DNA from: Octopus vulgaris
Taxonomy: Eukaryota
Assembly (NCBI GenBank): GCA_951406725.2
Contig: OX597825.1
Location: 14,632,001-14,696,000, forward strand
Direction of reading: 5' to 3'
DNA: 64,000 bases
Shown: piece by piece, positions 12,816-27,393 of the stretch
How positions within the stretch are numbered: the stretch's first letter is position 1
How the letters are laid out: each line of letters starts with the position of its first letter
The notes under the pieces: generated by a model
Databases searched by the model: none
Seen by the model: the letters and a program-made list of their open reading frames with translations, nothing else
Told to the model about the DNA's origin: nothing
Translations under genes and position numbers: made by a program

Positions 12816-13557
12816 TATATGTTATAATTTCTTAGCGAGCTCTCCTACACCAACTACAGTTCTCCTCTACAAGTTTCCTTATTTTCCAGCTAATTAATTA
12901 ACGATTATAATATCTATCCCTTTTGGTCTTTGTTCGTAAAGAATGTAAATTTCAATAACAGGCTTTATATCATGTGTAAATTTAAATCATTCCAAATATA
13001 GCAAGCTGGATTAACTCATAGATTATACAGTTGGAGCAATTGAGACGTCAATCTTACAACAGTCCTCTCATAATAACACTGACTGAGAAAACGCTTAGCT
13101 AAATGACGTTAACAGCCACGCAGTCTTCAATTTTACGCCTCAGTCAATTTGAATAATAAATTCAATGGACGCTTATTTTTATACGATAGATTACCATAAA
13201 TAAAATGTAACATTTTAAAGTAAAAAAAAGGAAATAATACATTTTAAAGATGAACTTACTGTTTGCGTCCACATCCATATTAATATGATCTTAATTTATG
13301 CAAAATAAAGTTCTCGGAAAAGATAACAACACTTATTATATCTGCGATCGAGTTTCCTATATTGCCTCCTAGTTAATTAATGAATATAAATACGAGAACA
13401 AATACTTGAGTACAATGACTACGCAGATTTAAAACCACCATTCATTCGCAATGAAAGATTTTAACTAATTTCACCTGAATAGAAATTACTTTGTTTTAAT
13501 TCAATATCAAAGTTAACATAATATATATATATCATTGGTTTTGTTTCTCTTCTCCTT

Positions 13558-13616
<59 letters not shown>

Positions 13617-14100
13617 ACATAAATATAAGGATAAAATCTATATAAAATTTTTCAAGTAGCCATTGTGTAAAATCAATTACGGTAAACAATTAATACTCAG
13701 TACGTAATTTTTAAAAATACATCATTACATTAAGGCATGTTACTTAAGTAAAGCCACGCGCTAGAAAGGAACGCTAAAGTCAAACTACTTTATCAAAATA
13801 TACATGCAGCGCTGAAGCCGAGAAGATAGACAAAGAAAAAAATTCTTTTAAAAAGGTTCAGTTAAATATCTAAATGATTTCATGGCCAGCACTGTAATAA
13901 CGCTCCACTCGTCAGTGCAAACATAAACAGAAATACATAAAAACTAGCAATCCCCTGGTGTAAGTTCGAGATAGTCTAAAATAGTGCAATTCCGCTTCTG
14001 TCTATAGTTAAAATTGAGGATTATTTGACGTAGTCGAGACGTTAATTCAAAAATAAACTGGTATTCAAAAATGAACATGTTTTATTTGCAAATATCGAGC
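13617..14100 (-). mobile_element. Probable Penelope-like element terminal region with degenerate hammerhead
   Basis: Minus strand CTGACGA-GTGGAGC...GCTGGCCAT-GAAA (13915-13878). The element ends on (TA)n at 13561-13613. Confidence 0.45.
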
Positions 14101-14206
14101 ATTAAAATGTAAAAATATCCAAAATTATATTTCGGAATGATGTTTAATTTACTGGATCGCTGGAGAATCGGGGCAAAAAGCATGCACAACATTTCTATGG
14201 ACAAGA

Positions 14207-14532
14207 CGGAGCTCTCAATCCGTCCTTTACGACTATGAGGATCCCAGCTTATACGATCAATGGAACAGATGCTCTTGAAATTAACGTGCAATTGACTGAG
14301 CAATCCACAGACACGCGTACCCCTAACGTAGTTCTCAGGGAGATTCAGCGTGACACAGAGTGTGACAATGCCGGTCCTTTGAAGTACAGGTATAACTCAT
14401 TTTTGCAAGCTCTGTGGACAGGAGCAATGTGAAATAAAATGTCTTGCTCAAGGACACAACGCGTCGCCGGAAATGGAACTCACGACCTTACAATCGTGAA
14501 GCGAATACACTAACCACTAAGCCACGCACCTG
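14207..14532 (-). mobile_element. tRNA-derived SINE, D-type head plus family-B 3' half
   Basis: Same architecture as 3143-3428. Confidence 0.85.
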
Positions 14533-14674
14533 GACATGAAGGCAATCTGTAAGAAACATGTTTAATTGCAATATGAAATTACCAGAGGCATCTGGGAAGT
14601 TGTAAACTGAAGCGAAATATGCTTGACATTGACAACGAAAATTTGTTGGAATAGTAACATAACCTACCCTAAAG

Positions 14675-14800
14675 AGCAAATTGCTTGCCTCGTTTACAAG
14701 TCGGTGCCGAAACTCTGAATTCCCTGCTGCATGGAGACCATCCAGATTCTAAACATTTTCTTCGGAATATAAGAGCCTACAATTCCGCTTTCCAAGTCAA
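14675..14800 (+). pseudogene. Helitron RepHel N-terminal coding fragment
   Basis: Translates to LPRLQVGAETLNSLLHGDHPDSKHFLRNIRAYNSAFQ, matching the conserved Helitron F..NIR.YNS.F motif. Confidence 0.75.
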
Positions 14801-15299
14801 AGAATAAACAATGGGCATGTACGTGTCAAAGTGAGTCACGGAAAAGTCGAAAATTACCGCCCATCTTTCGTTTTATATAGGAGACTGTTAGCTAAGCTTT
14901 TACATGTTTGTCACCCAAATTTCAACGTTCAATTAGCAATCAATTTGCGTCTTCTACTGTCAATTGAGTTTTGTTGAGAGAAAATGTTCTCATACGTGAT
15001 TGATTCCCAATTAGTGCCATTTATTCGTAAGTCAATATTTTATTTCATTGTTATTTATTTAAAATAATTGCCTTTTTTCTTACTCTTTTCTGTCAGCTTA
15101 TTCATTAAACGAAAAATGACATGCCTGGATGCACGTGTTCGAGTACAGTTCATTCTAGAATGATATAGATTTTTACTGCAATCGAGTATGTTCTTTTATG
15201 AAATTGCTTAGAAAGCTTAATGCGATTAATGCTCCGATGCTGACTGGACGAACACAGCGGCTGTCCGTACGTGATTTTCGGAATGATAGCCAATAAGCG

Positions 15300-15493
15300 C
15301 CATTGAAATCTGATTTTCCATCAAGATTTTGATTAAAAATGGGCAAATCTTGCTTTAAAATAAACGATTATGTTACGAAATTTAACTGATGCACCCAATG
15401 TGTAAAATTTAAGCGCGATCAGTTGAAAAATGCGGCTGTTATAATCTTTTAAACACATACACACACAGATAGAACAGGAAAATATATTATAGA
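15300..15493 (-). mobile_element. Non-autonomous Helitron-like 5' end
   Basis: Minus strand A|TCTATAATATA...TCTGTGTGTGTATGTG...TTTTCAACTGATCGCGCTTAAATTTTACACA. Confidence 0.5.
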
Positions 15494-15686
15494 TATAAAC
15501 ACTTATGCATAACATACGAACACAACGTATCCACAGAGCATATTAAATGTACCCACTTATACATCCATAAAATGATTTGTATCTTGTTCCTCTCAGTCTC
15601 GTGTTTATAACTAAAATTGTATAAACATGTATATATGTGTGTATGAATGCATATACACATGTATATACGTACGTATATATACATAC

Positions 15687-15791
<105 letters not shown>

Positions 15792-15810
15792 TATATGCAT
15801 ATATAGGTAA

Positions 15811-16075
15811 TATATGGGACACGTGTTATTCTGTCTCTAAATTATATGTTAATGTTTTGGTGTAGACACTGATGAAAAATCCGCCTAGCAGATTATTTTA
15901 TTTGCTAATTAGAGTTTGAAACATATGTAAGGTAAAAGATTTTATTTTTCATTCCCTTCGAAATTGCTCTTAAATGTGGTTTTGGTCGTTTTGACTGCTC
16001 CTTCTAGCGTGTAACGCTGCCAGTTGAGGGTCGCCTCTTTTGTGTTTAAATGTACACTTATTTTATATGGGGTAT
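15811..16075 (+). mobile_element. Hammerhead-bearing repeat (Penelope-like terminus) inserted in TA microsatellite
   Basis: Flanked on both sides by TA-rich microsatellite. Its 5' part is duplicated inverted at 12690-12815. Confidence 0.6.
15862..15935 (+). ncRNA. Type I hammerhead ribozyme-like motif with intact catalytic core
   Basis: CTGATGA at 15869-15875; extended stem II (TAGCAGAT/ATTTGCTA); GAAA at 15918-15921; palindromic stem III CATATG; GTA triplet ending at 15929. Stem I is weak in this copy. Confidence 0.7.
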
Positions 16076-16123
16076 AGGCATATATATATACATATGTATG
16101 TATATATGTGTATGTATTTATAC

Positions 16124-16226
<103 letters not shown>

Positions 16227-16764
16227 TATATATATATGTACATATATATATATGTATGTATGTATATATATATATAAGCAATAATCACACACAGTCTATG
16301 TGCGGCCGCCCAAGAATGTTTACGTGTGCGCGTGCATGTGTGTGTGTGTGTCATTGTGTGCAATATTGACGTCATAAGATTTTTATGAATATTAGGGAGA
16401 ACGCGAAATAGGTTCTGTAGTTCCCGAAACACACACATTGCTTTATTAGTAATGGCATCTAAGTAATGTGTTGAAAAACCTTCTGGATAGCAAATTACGA
16501 AGACTCGTGGGAGTCGAACCCATATTTACTGGAGACATGAAAGGTCTTCTATCTTGGTGACAATTTATAGATTTCTGCGTTACTAGACTTGCAAAAACAA
16601 TTATGCATACATTTGCATGTATGTGTGTGTGTATGTATGTATGTATATATGTGTCTGTACATACGCATCTATATGTATATGTGTGTACGTGCGTTTGTGA
16701 GTGCATAACTTAGTACGTAACAACAGTATAGTTCATAAAGTTTGCGGTATAAAAAATTTATATT

Positions 16765-16919
16765 TATAGATAGATAGATAAAGAGAGAGCTAGCTAGATA
16801 GATAGATAAAGAGAGAGCTAGCTAGCTAGATAGATAGATAAAAAGAGTGCTAGCTAGCTAGCTAGCTAGATAAAGAGAGAGCTAGATCGATAGATAGATA
16901 CATAAAGAGAGAGCTGGAT

Positions 16920-16987
<68 letters not shown>

Positions 16988-17129
16988 CTAGATAGATAGA
17001 GAGCTAGATAGAGAGACAGACGGATAGATAGAGATAGATAGATATATAGATAGATAGATAGATAGATAGATAGATGGATAGATAGAGAGCTAGATAGAGA
17101 GCAAAATAGAGAGACAGACGGATAGATAG

Positions 17130-17211
<82 letters not shown>
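16765..17211. repeat. (GATA)n microsatellite with GCTA/GA variants
   Basis: Directly visible. Confidence 0.97.
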
Positions 17212-17212
<1 letters not shown>

Positions 17213-18384
17213 AGGGCAGGTACATAAATCTGCATGTATGAACAGATATGACCTATAAACCATCGCCATGTACTTTCGTTACTGTTTTCTTAAAGTAAAC
17301 ACTCCTTGTTTACAATGCGAACTTTTTAGAATATAAGAGTATGGTGAGGAAAATAGAGATGAAGTTAATGATGAAGATAGTGACACGTAAGTCGATTAGT
17401 TAAATCAAGACGCAAACTACAAAGGGGGTATTTGGTGAACTACAAAGATAATCTCATAGACATAAAAAAGAGAGGATATTGGTAAATTGCAAAGATTTAT
17501 GTTTACAAAAAGACGATTGTAGAGAAGCAGGTGTGTACAGGTGAGTGTTTTGCGATGTTTTAAAGAAGATAATGTACAGAGAAAAGAACGATGGCAACAA
17601 TTGTGTCACAATTAGATAAAATACCACCGAGAAAAAAATATGCACAAAAGCCGCAATAATATTACTAACAAAGTTGGTGAGTAAATATCCGAATTAAAAC
17701 ATGTTTATGTCTAGAACACTATTGAAATGCATCTGTGTTTCTTTTTGTTTTGGATTTGCATTGCCTTGATATATCAAAGGATGGGGAAATACACAGAAAT
17801 ATACATACATGACCGTCGTATTCACTAAAAGAATTACTCTTACACATATTGACACACACTGAAGAAACGAGATGGTTTAAGACGCAACGAATATATGCAT
17901 GGCCATGGAGCCACTTTTTCCCGTCTTCTACAGTAATGGAGACAAACAGACATACACATGGACTGAGTGAGAAAAATAAAGAGCTAGAGTGAGAGAAAGG
18001 GGAAAGAAAGAAACACACATTATGATGCAGGGTCGCATGTTTTTACAGCCAGTAGTTCAAATGGAACAGGTACACACACACAAACACACACACACACACA
18101 CACACAACACGCACATACTTAAAATCCTCAGCTCATCAACAAATTAAATCATCGGATAAAAAATCGTGTACAAATTCAAAGAGTCTCTGCAATACAGCCT
18201 TGCGAAGGTGAAGTAAACATAATCAAATTGGCCATATATTTTACCTCTATATTAATGGGATACTTTGAACATTCTCAGGTGTCCTAGTGATATAAAGCAT
18301 AGGTTTCGTTATTACAAATATATTATTGGTTCATAAAATGTTTCTTTTTTTCTGTTTTAAATTGTTAAATGACAAGAAAATTAT

Positions 18385-18642
18385 CGTCGTGTATATGTAT
18401 ACATATATGTGTGTGTGTGTGTTTGTGGGTCTGTGTTTGTCTCCCCAGCATGGCTTGACAACCGATGCTGGTGTGTTTACGTCCCCGTAACTTACCGGTT
18501 CGCCAAAAGAGCCCGATATAATAAGTACTAGGCTTACAAAGAATAAGTCCTGGGTGTCGATTTGCTCGACTAAAGATGGTACTCCAGCATGGCCGCAGTC
18601 AAATGACTGAAACAAAAAAGGGAGTAAAAGAGAGAAAGAGTA
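18385..18642 (+). mobile_element. SINE family A, 5'-truncated
   Basis: Matches positions 300-563 of the first family-A copy. Confidence 0.88.
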
Positions 18643-19139
18643 TAAAAGCAAACCTTAATCTATCTATCTATCTACCTATCTATCTATCCATTATTCTAGC
18701 TACCTATCTATCTACTTACCTATCTATCTATCTATCTATGCATAAATCCCTTTCTAATGTCGATCTAGTTAAAGATGTTATATTCGATCTCCTATACTAT
18801 CGACATATATGAAAAAGCTGAGAATGAGTCTAAAGCCATGCCTATAAGAGTGTCGGCTATATTTTACGTGTCAGAATATATCAGGATACATGGCAGTGTT
18901 GTTGAATATTGAGATTTCACAATATGTAAGAAAATGTATAAAATCGTCACATAAATAAAGTGGAACTATAAAATGGGATGCATTTTAAGAATGAACATGC
19001 TGACAGTTTATAGGATTATAATTATATAGGGATCGCAACCGATAGTGAATGGCCTTCCTACTGAGGTTGTTGATATCTATCTATTTATCTATCTACTCTA
19101 CTCACTTTCTATGTATTTTTCTATCGCTATAGATATACA

Positions 19140-19625
<486 letters not shown>

Positions 19626-19684
19626 TGTATATACATATGTGTGTATATGTATGTGTGCGTATCTTTTTCTGTATGTATGCATTA

Positions 19685-19850
19685 TTTGTATATCGATATG
19701 ATTTGCCCACAGGCAATGAGAAGTGTCGCTGAATGGGGTGGAAATATTCTCCAAAATCTGAAAATAGCAAAATCGAAGCTTAGAATATGGACACAAGAAT
19801 TGCAATCATTGTTATTGCTCCCTGTAATTATAGAGTTAGGAGCGTGAATC
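19685..19850 (+). pseudogene. Decayed restriction-like endonuclease (RLE) C-terminus of an R4/Dong-type non-LTR retrotransposon
   Basis: IDMICP...LRIW...PVIIELG resembles the ID.a.P...K..KY..L...W......P+++G.LG pattern. It lies just upstream of a (TAA)n tract (20068-20143). Confidence 0.5.
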
Positions 19851-20067
19851 ATCTGACAGAGCAGGGAATCCAAGAAATGTCATAGAATAACTTTCCAAAT
19901 GTGAAAATTTGAAGAAAGAGTTTGTAGAAAATGATATAATATTCTGTGAGAAATGTCAATAAAAGGAAAATTGGAAATGCTAATAACAGGAAAATATCCT
20001 CTACATTAGAGTTATACTATCGAAAACTTTGGGCAAGGTTATATGACATAGGTCAATATGAAGGAAA

Positions 20068-20113
20068 TAATAATAACAACAACAATAATAATAATAATGA
20101 TATTAATAATAAC

Positions 20114-20143
<30 letters not shown>
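20068..20143. repeat. (TAA/CAA)n microsatellite
   Basis: Directly visible. Confidence 0.95.
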
Positions 20144-20144
<1 letters not shown>

Positions 20145-23100
20145 GCCATGATGCAGTACCAGGCAGTGGTTCACATGGCTTCTGATCTTAACTTATTGGA
20201 AACGTTATCATGTACATTGTTTTGTCTTGGTATAAAATATGGGCTACAGCAAATAGTCTGCTCAAATCCACAGATTTGTTTGTCAGTTGTTTGACCTTAA
20301 CCAGTTGAGCATGCCCCTGTGTTGATCCTCATCGTATTCTTCATTGTGTCATTGTCAATATTTGTATCCTTCTCTAAATTCCAGACCTCTTAGATTGGTT
20401 ACATTTGTTACAAGAAATTTAACATATTTTACTTGTTTGGACTATTGTTTCTTTGCATATACGATGAGGTACAAGCAGATGCTAGTTCCATTACACTTCA
20501 GAAACGTCAGAAACCAACATGTTTATTCAGACCCAGCTTGTGCACATGACGTGTGTAGATAAATAAACGTACAAAAGGGTATTTTATGCAAACATTGCAT
20601 TGGTGAAGGCATTAGTCTTCTTTGTGATATGGTTTGAGTCACTAGCAGTTGAGAAGAGGCTTAAAGCAACAATTTGGCACTTGGAAATGACCGAACCTCT
20701 GGTCTCCTCAACCACATTAATGGGTATCACAATACTTTACATGTTGTCAAGTGCTTGCTTTAAATGTTTCCCTAGACATTTTGCACTCAGCAGAATTATT
20801 TCACTCTTCACTTTGCTTTTCCTTCAGTTATAAAATCAAGAAAAGAGACAGAACTGTGTAATATATATTTCACACTTTCATGTTTTTCCCTCAGAGCTGA
20901 CCAATGTCCGGAAATATTTCAGTTTCTGAATTTTATAATTAGGAAAATATTTACTTTATATGTTATAAAATTTATTGCTGTTTCTGTGTGGAAATTTTTA
21001 TCTATGTGGTGAAAAATGTTTTACTTAGTTGTTATATTAATCTTATTTATCTCTCACAAGTAAGCAAATGTGTAAAAAACTTATAAATTGTTACAAAATA
21101 TAATTTTAAAAATCAAAAATATAACACGTTATAAATATACACACCTGTTTTAATATTTCAAGTCGTAACATAGAATTACTTTGACAAAGATAGTTTGAGT
21201 GCAGTGGAACATTTTTGGTCATATGGTTGTCAGGCAGAATGCTAGTCGTGATTAAACAATTAAATATAAGGGAATAATAGATCTGAATATTACCTTTAAA
21301 TTTCCAAGATTTCCAATCGGAGTTGCATTCCATTCCTGAACCACTCTGCTTCACAGCAAATCCAACCTCTTTAAGTTTGAATGAAAGAAACGATTTAGAT
21401 TAATATCGCACATTTTATGAATATGTTTCTCAATATGTTGTTACGTTACGCCGAGAAAGCCACTCTGTGGACCTTATTTTACCATTCCTGAATATACTGT
21501 CATCTTTTGTATATCATGGAATAATTTTAGCTAAAGTACTGTAGTTTTCTTTTATTAAACAATAGTGTAACTTGGTGGATATTTAACTCCTACTTCTGGG
21601 CAATCGATCGACAACGTAAAGGTTCTGTGTTTTACTCTTAAAAGCAAATATGTATCTCCAATCTGTAGCAGCTGCTGTTACCAATTGCTAACACTTAAAA
21701 GGGGGATAAAATATAAAGCGCTGTCACAAATATATCCATTAGAGATTGGAAAAGATATATAAAAAAGCAGATGGTATATAAGGGAAAAGAGTCAAGTCAG
21801 AATATTTAGGATTGAACAACTCTCATCTTGAAACAAAATGTAATGGACAAAAAAATAACTGTTAACAACGTCAAAGAGATGATGGATTCATATAAGCGGA
21901 TAGTACTGAAATTATTACATTAGATTTACTTTATATGAAAATATCGTGGATTTTATTTTCCTATTTTATGTTTTCATATCACAGCAATTTATGTCATTGC
22001 ATTTTGTATTTGACCGCTTCTGTTTGTATTGCTCCCAATATACTTGTTATTCTGATATCATGGAATCAATCCCTAGTTTTGTAAAAAATCACAGAAAGGA
22101 TTTTATACACTTGTGATAAGGTTTGACATTCGATTCATAAATCTTGTGTTTTGTAACGATTTGTTTCCGTGTATAATAATATGGCTGCTTCCTTAGTGTT
22201 AGGAGTGAGTTGTGACAGGATCAAAATGGTTGCAATGTACACACCTCTATGATTGTTGAAGGCATATTCGAAAATGTTTAAAACAAGAGCTTGTATCTCT
22301 AAAAAAATAAATGCCGATTATATATTTATTTTTATACGTGTTTATCTTAGCACTTTGCATTTCTATATGTAGTGTTTCTTTTATTCAAATCAAAGCTCTT
22401 CTCAATCAGAAATCAAAATATTGTGAATAAGTGGAAATATCTATAAAATAATAACCGTGAATATAATTTTCGACGGAGATGGAACACAAGCATTATGTAC
22501 TCGAGCCCTTATACTATACATTTGACCGAGGAAAATACGTAACTTAATAAAGCCAGATCTTTATACATAATTATGACAATATCACACTGGCTCACCATTT
22601 ACATTACAAGCAACAAGGGGTAAATACCATAACAATAATAGACATAACGAGAGAAATCTTTACAGAAAATCATCAATGGACCCATTCACTGTATTGTCCC
22701 ACCAAAGCACAATAGATCATTGATCATAGAGGTAACGCTCAAAATGCAACACAATGCGACAAGGAATTCATAGACGCTATACACGGGTCACAGACAACAA
22801 TATATACTTGTCAGATATATCCAAAGCACACCAGTATTGTCAGTAATAATAAAGTGGGTTCTCTCTACTGAAATATTGTAGCAACATATGATCACACCAT
22901 TCTTAAGCTGATAATGTAATATGAAGTTCTATACACATCGATGATCGACTTAATCGCTTTACGTAACCCAAATGAAAAATGGTTCTGGAAGAAAGTAGCC
23001 GTACAAAATCTTGATGTGTTTCCTGTGCAGCATCATTGAAAGAAAGGCTGTTTCTCAGGTTTTCTTAAATACTAATACAACGTATCTGCATATATATATC

Positions 23101-23274
23101 ACTTGAAAATAGCAACGCTAAACGCATGCATGGTTCACTTTACTTTCGAATATTAAAATTTGGTAATATTCTGGCGTTCACTTAATAATATATAGCTATA
23201 TTAAAAGTAACTTAGAGCGATATTCAAGTACCAAGATGTATGGATACACACACACATATACACAAAAACACTCA

Positions 23275-23318
<44 letters not shown>

Positions 23319-23403
23319 GTTAAAAGGTATGATCGATTATAGAGTGACCATTGGCTTCGCTCCTATAAAGCAATTAGCAGTATAGTCGACTCAAGGGCTG
23401 AAA

Positions 23404-23436
<33 letters not shown>

Positions 23437-23446
23437 TGTATGTATG

Positions 23447-23488
<42 letters not shown>

Positions 23489-25474
23489 TATATGTATATA
23501 TATGTATGAATGTATATGTATGTACGTATATATGCCTATACATATATATAGATAGACATATATACATACATATATGCATGCAAACATACGTTATATATCA
23601 ATGCAAGGAATGAAGGAGAAAGGAAGAAAGAGCAGGGAGAAATATCCATAATTTGAAATATGTCAGCACCTACACGACCCAAATACTGCATCATTCAAGT
23701 TCAGGCTCAATACACTGTGGTATGTATGAAATTAGAAAATTTCAGATAATTATAGAATTTATTTCAGCTTGTTAAACAGTGACCCTGGAAATTAGTTTGT
23801 TTTATGGCAAACGCGACATCGTAAGGCAACATAAAGTTTGAGATTATACACTCTTTGTTTATTTTAACATAAAACAGCGCCATTAACACTGTTATTTACT
23901 AGATTCTAAACAATTTTACTTTACAACACGCTGAAATTGTTTTGTTATCAAACTAGTTTTATTTTATACTTTTACCAATATTTCTATTGCATTTGTCTCA
24001 TGCTTTATTTAACAGAATAACCAAATAATGTTTTATGAACGAAGACATCACAATATTCATGTTAATGGAAGCTGTATATCAGTTTTGATACAACTATTAC
24101 CTGAACACTTTATTGCTTTCATACTTTCACACTTCTATCTATCTTGTGATCATTTTCACTGAGAGTCGTCCATAATTGATGACTATGTTTCATTTTGGAA
24201 TACTAACCGTGGTTGCTCATGTATATATTCCAGCTAGATATTCACTGCTGAGTGGTTATAATGGACGACAGATGTTTAAAAAATGGCAGCTTATTTTAAG
24301 GGGTCAAATTTTCTCAGTTGAACAATTTGAATTATTCTCCAGTTTATTCTGAAGAGACCAATAATTGTGCAGAATGCGGCTTAACGATTCTATAACTAAT
24401 GCATGAATATTTTGTTCAGATGAACTAAATATTCTGTGAGGGATTTCAAAGATTTTACTTTGAATGCATTTAACTGCAGGTGAAATTAGATTAGTTGCTA
24501 ATGGGTGGGGTGAAAAGGAGATGTTAATTCGATTGATATATGAGTAGAAGCTGTGATAGTGCTAAGGTTGCTGCATGTATAGACAATTGCTTGGCTGTTG
24601 AGGACTTTTAGAAGTTTGCACTTTGGGACTTATAATTTGGAATATTAGTGTCTGTTATAGTGTCAGGGTGTCGGAGCCAAAATGTGGCTGTGATGACTAA
24701 AAGAAAGGAATCAGAGAAGTGTTACACTTGGAAGTATTGGGTACACAGCCTGTGTTTTACGAGAAGTAGTAGCTTCTATAGTTTACGTAGATAATACGAT
24801 ATTCAGAGTGCTATTCGGATATCTATAAATTGTCAGTAGATTACTATGTGATATTCAGCTCAACGGAGTTCTTTTCATATGAGCAGATTTTTTTTCATAT
24901 TTATCATTTAGTTGATTGTCGCTGTATAAGGATAATGACGGATTGGTCAAACTAGATCAGTGAAGCACATTAGAATTACCATCATGTTGTCCATATTGGT
25001 GAGTATTAACAGAATGCGCACTTCTCGGTATTACTCTCCTTACGATAGGTGCTCCAATATGGCCGCAGTCAAATGACTGAAACAAATAAATGAATGAAAA
25101 AAGATTAACAACGTTGTTACGGAGATAGAATTGATATTCACTGTGAAACATAATGAAGAAAAAAGGCAATAATTATATTAATGTATGAGATAATGATACG
25201 ATAAAATTTATGCATGTAAGTAATGCAGAATGCAACTCATTAAACATGCATCAACATAAGTATACTTATCGCATAATTTGTAGTATCGAAATTATCAACA
25301 TAATTGAGTGAATACGATGAGATTATTGCGATATTTTATGGCTGAAAGTTATATATGAAACTGCTTACTTTTTGTTTACAAAAATAACACTAAAACTTAC
25401 AAAACAAAATATATGGCTTATTTATTATAAATCAATTCTGAATGTAAGGTAATCCATATTATATTAAAACATGG

Positions 25475-25555
<81 letters not shown>

Positions 25556-25558
<3 letters not shown>

Positions 25559-25620
25559 TTTCTTTATTAGCCACACAGGGCTGCACAGAGACGGGACAAA
25601 TTACAAGGTAGAGCTTTTCT
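25556..25620 (-). mobile_element. Retroposon 3' tail related to the SINE family C tail
   Basis: Minus strand TTGTAATTTGTCCCGTCTCTGTGCAGCCCTGTGTGGCTAATAAAGAAAC, compared with the SINE-C tail TTGTTTGTCCTCTCTGTGTTTAGCCCCTTGTGGG.AATAAAGAAAT. Confidence 0.55.
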
Positions 25621-26823
25621 TTTTGGGGATCAAAAAAGGGGTTTTTGGATAGGTAGGTAGGTAGATAGATTGATAGGTATGTATGAATGTTTATTATTTC
25701 GGCACTCGGTTACGATGGCGAGGGTTTCTGCCAGCTCGCCATCTTCCCAACAACTAATATTAAAGGGCAAAAGCTCTCGATCGTGAGAGTACGAATACAG
25801 ACCGCGAAAGCGTGGCCCATCGATTCTTAGGATTTTCGGCAATGCTGCATGATTTCTTAGACTCGCTACGAATAATGACTTCCGGTATTTTCTGTTTAGC
25901 TTCTAAGTTGAAAATTCGATGACTTCAAATTTGTCATTTCTCCCTCTACAGTTGGTAAAATATAACACTAGTAGAGAAGTATAGACCAGAGTAACTACTA
26001 CCTCTAGACAATCCATAATGCAGTGGTTGTGCCGAAATAACAAACACTATTATTGTTGCTGTTGTGGTCGTTGGGCGGCGGTGGCAGTGGTGGTGGTGGT
26101 GGTTGTAGTTTTGATTCGTGTAACTATTTTTCTTTGTTGTAATTTGGCTACACAGCTTGTTATTGTGATGATAATGATAGTGATGTTGATTTATGATAAT
26201 GATTTCAAATTTTGACACGAGGCCAGCTCAGTGTTTACGATAACGACAATAATGACGTTGATAATAATAATAATAATTATGACGATCGGGAGTATAATAA
26301 GCATGGTTTATTATGACGTCGATTATTATTATTGAGAAAACTGAAGCCGTTGGTGATGCTACCGTTACATCTACAACAGCTACTACAACTGATGTTGCTG
26401 ATGACCATGATGTTGACAATGATAGAAGTGGTGATAATGAAAAACCCAGTGACAGAAACGCTGTTAAGGATGGCAAAGATATTTGTGATGATGATGCTGA
26501 TACTGTTAACTATGATGATGATGATCGTGATGATGAGATGCTGATGAAGTTGATGTTAGATTTTTTTTTAATTTTTGGTTTCAGCTCAGAGCTGCGGCCA
26601 TGCTGATGCACCGCCGTTATTAATGAATTTTTTAAAAATGGAAATAGTTAAATGATGTGTTACATGGATACAGCCCACTGGATGAACAAAGCTGTAATAG
26701 ATATTTGTTTTGATATTATTGACTTCCGATAGCTGCTTCCTCTAGCTGTAATATGTCATATATTTGATCTCACACGCACATGAAGATACAATTATGACCA
26801 TGCGGACAACTGCATACATACGC

Positions 26824-26825
<2 letters not shown>

Positions 26826-26899
<74 letters not shown>

Positions 26900-27230
26900 A
26901 TGTATATATATATGTATGTATATGTATATATATATGTATGTATATGTATATATATATATGTCTGTATGTATATGTATATATATGTATGTATATGTATATA
27001 TATGTATATATATATACATATATGTATATGTATATATATGTATATGTATATATATATATACATACATATATATGTTCACACACATACACTTATGTATATA
27101 CATATACTTATGTTTATATATATATATATATATTTATATATATTCACATACATTCATATATGTATATATATTCACACACACACACTCATATATATATATA
27201 CATACATACATTCATATATATATTTGTTTA
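26826..27230. repeat. (TA)n/(TATG)n microsatellite
   Basis: Directly visible. Confidence 0.95.
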
Positions 27231-27231
27231 T

Positions 27232-27340
27232 TTATTTCGGTATTGTATTTGGTTTGCAAGAATCTTTATGTGAAATCGTGTGTTAAAACATATTTTATTG
27301 TGTCTAGGGACAGTCGTTCTCTTTTAGTGTCATATTAATT

Positions 27341-27345
<5 letters not shown>
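27232..27345 (+). repeat. Fragment of the same repeat family as the 59.8-60.2 kb fold-back element
   Basis: TTTGGTTTGCAAGAATCTTTATGTGA...TTGTGTCTAGGGACAGTCGTTCTC matches the reverse complement of 60060-60160. Confidence 0.75.

Positions 27346-27393
<48 letters not shown>

Noticed and set aside
26000-26560. D/T/N-rich ORFs
   Set aside because: Degenerate (GAT/GTT/AAT)n trinucleotide low-complexity sequence with no splice or domain evidence.
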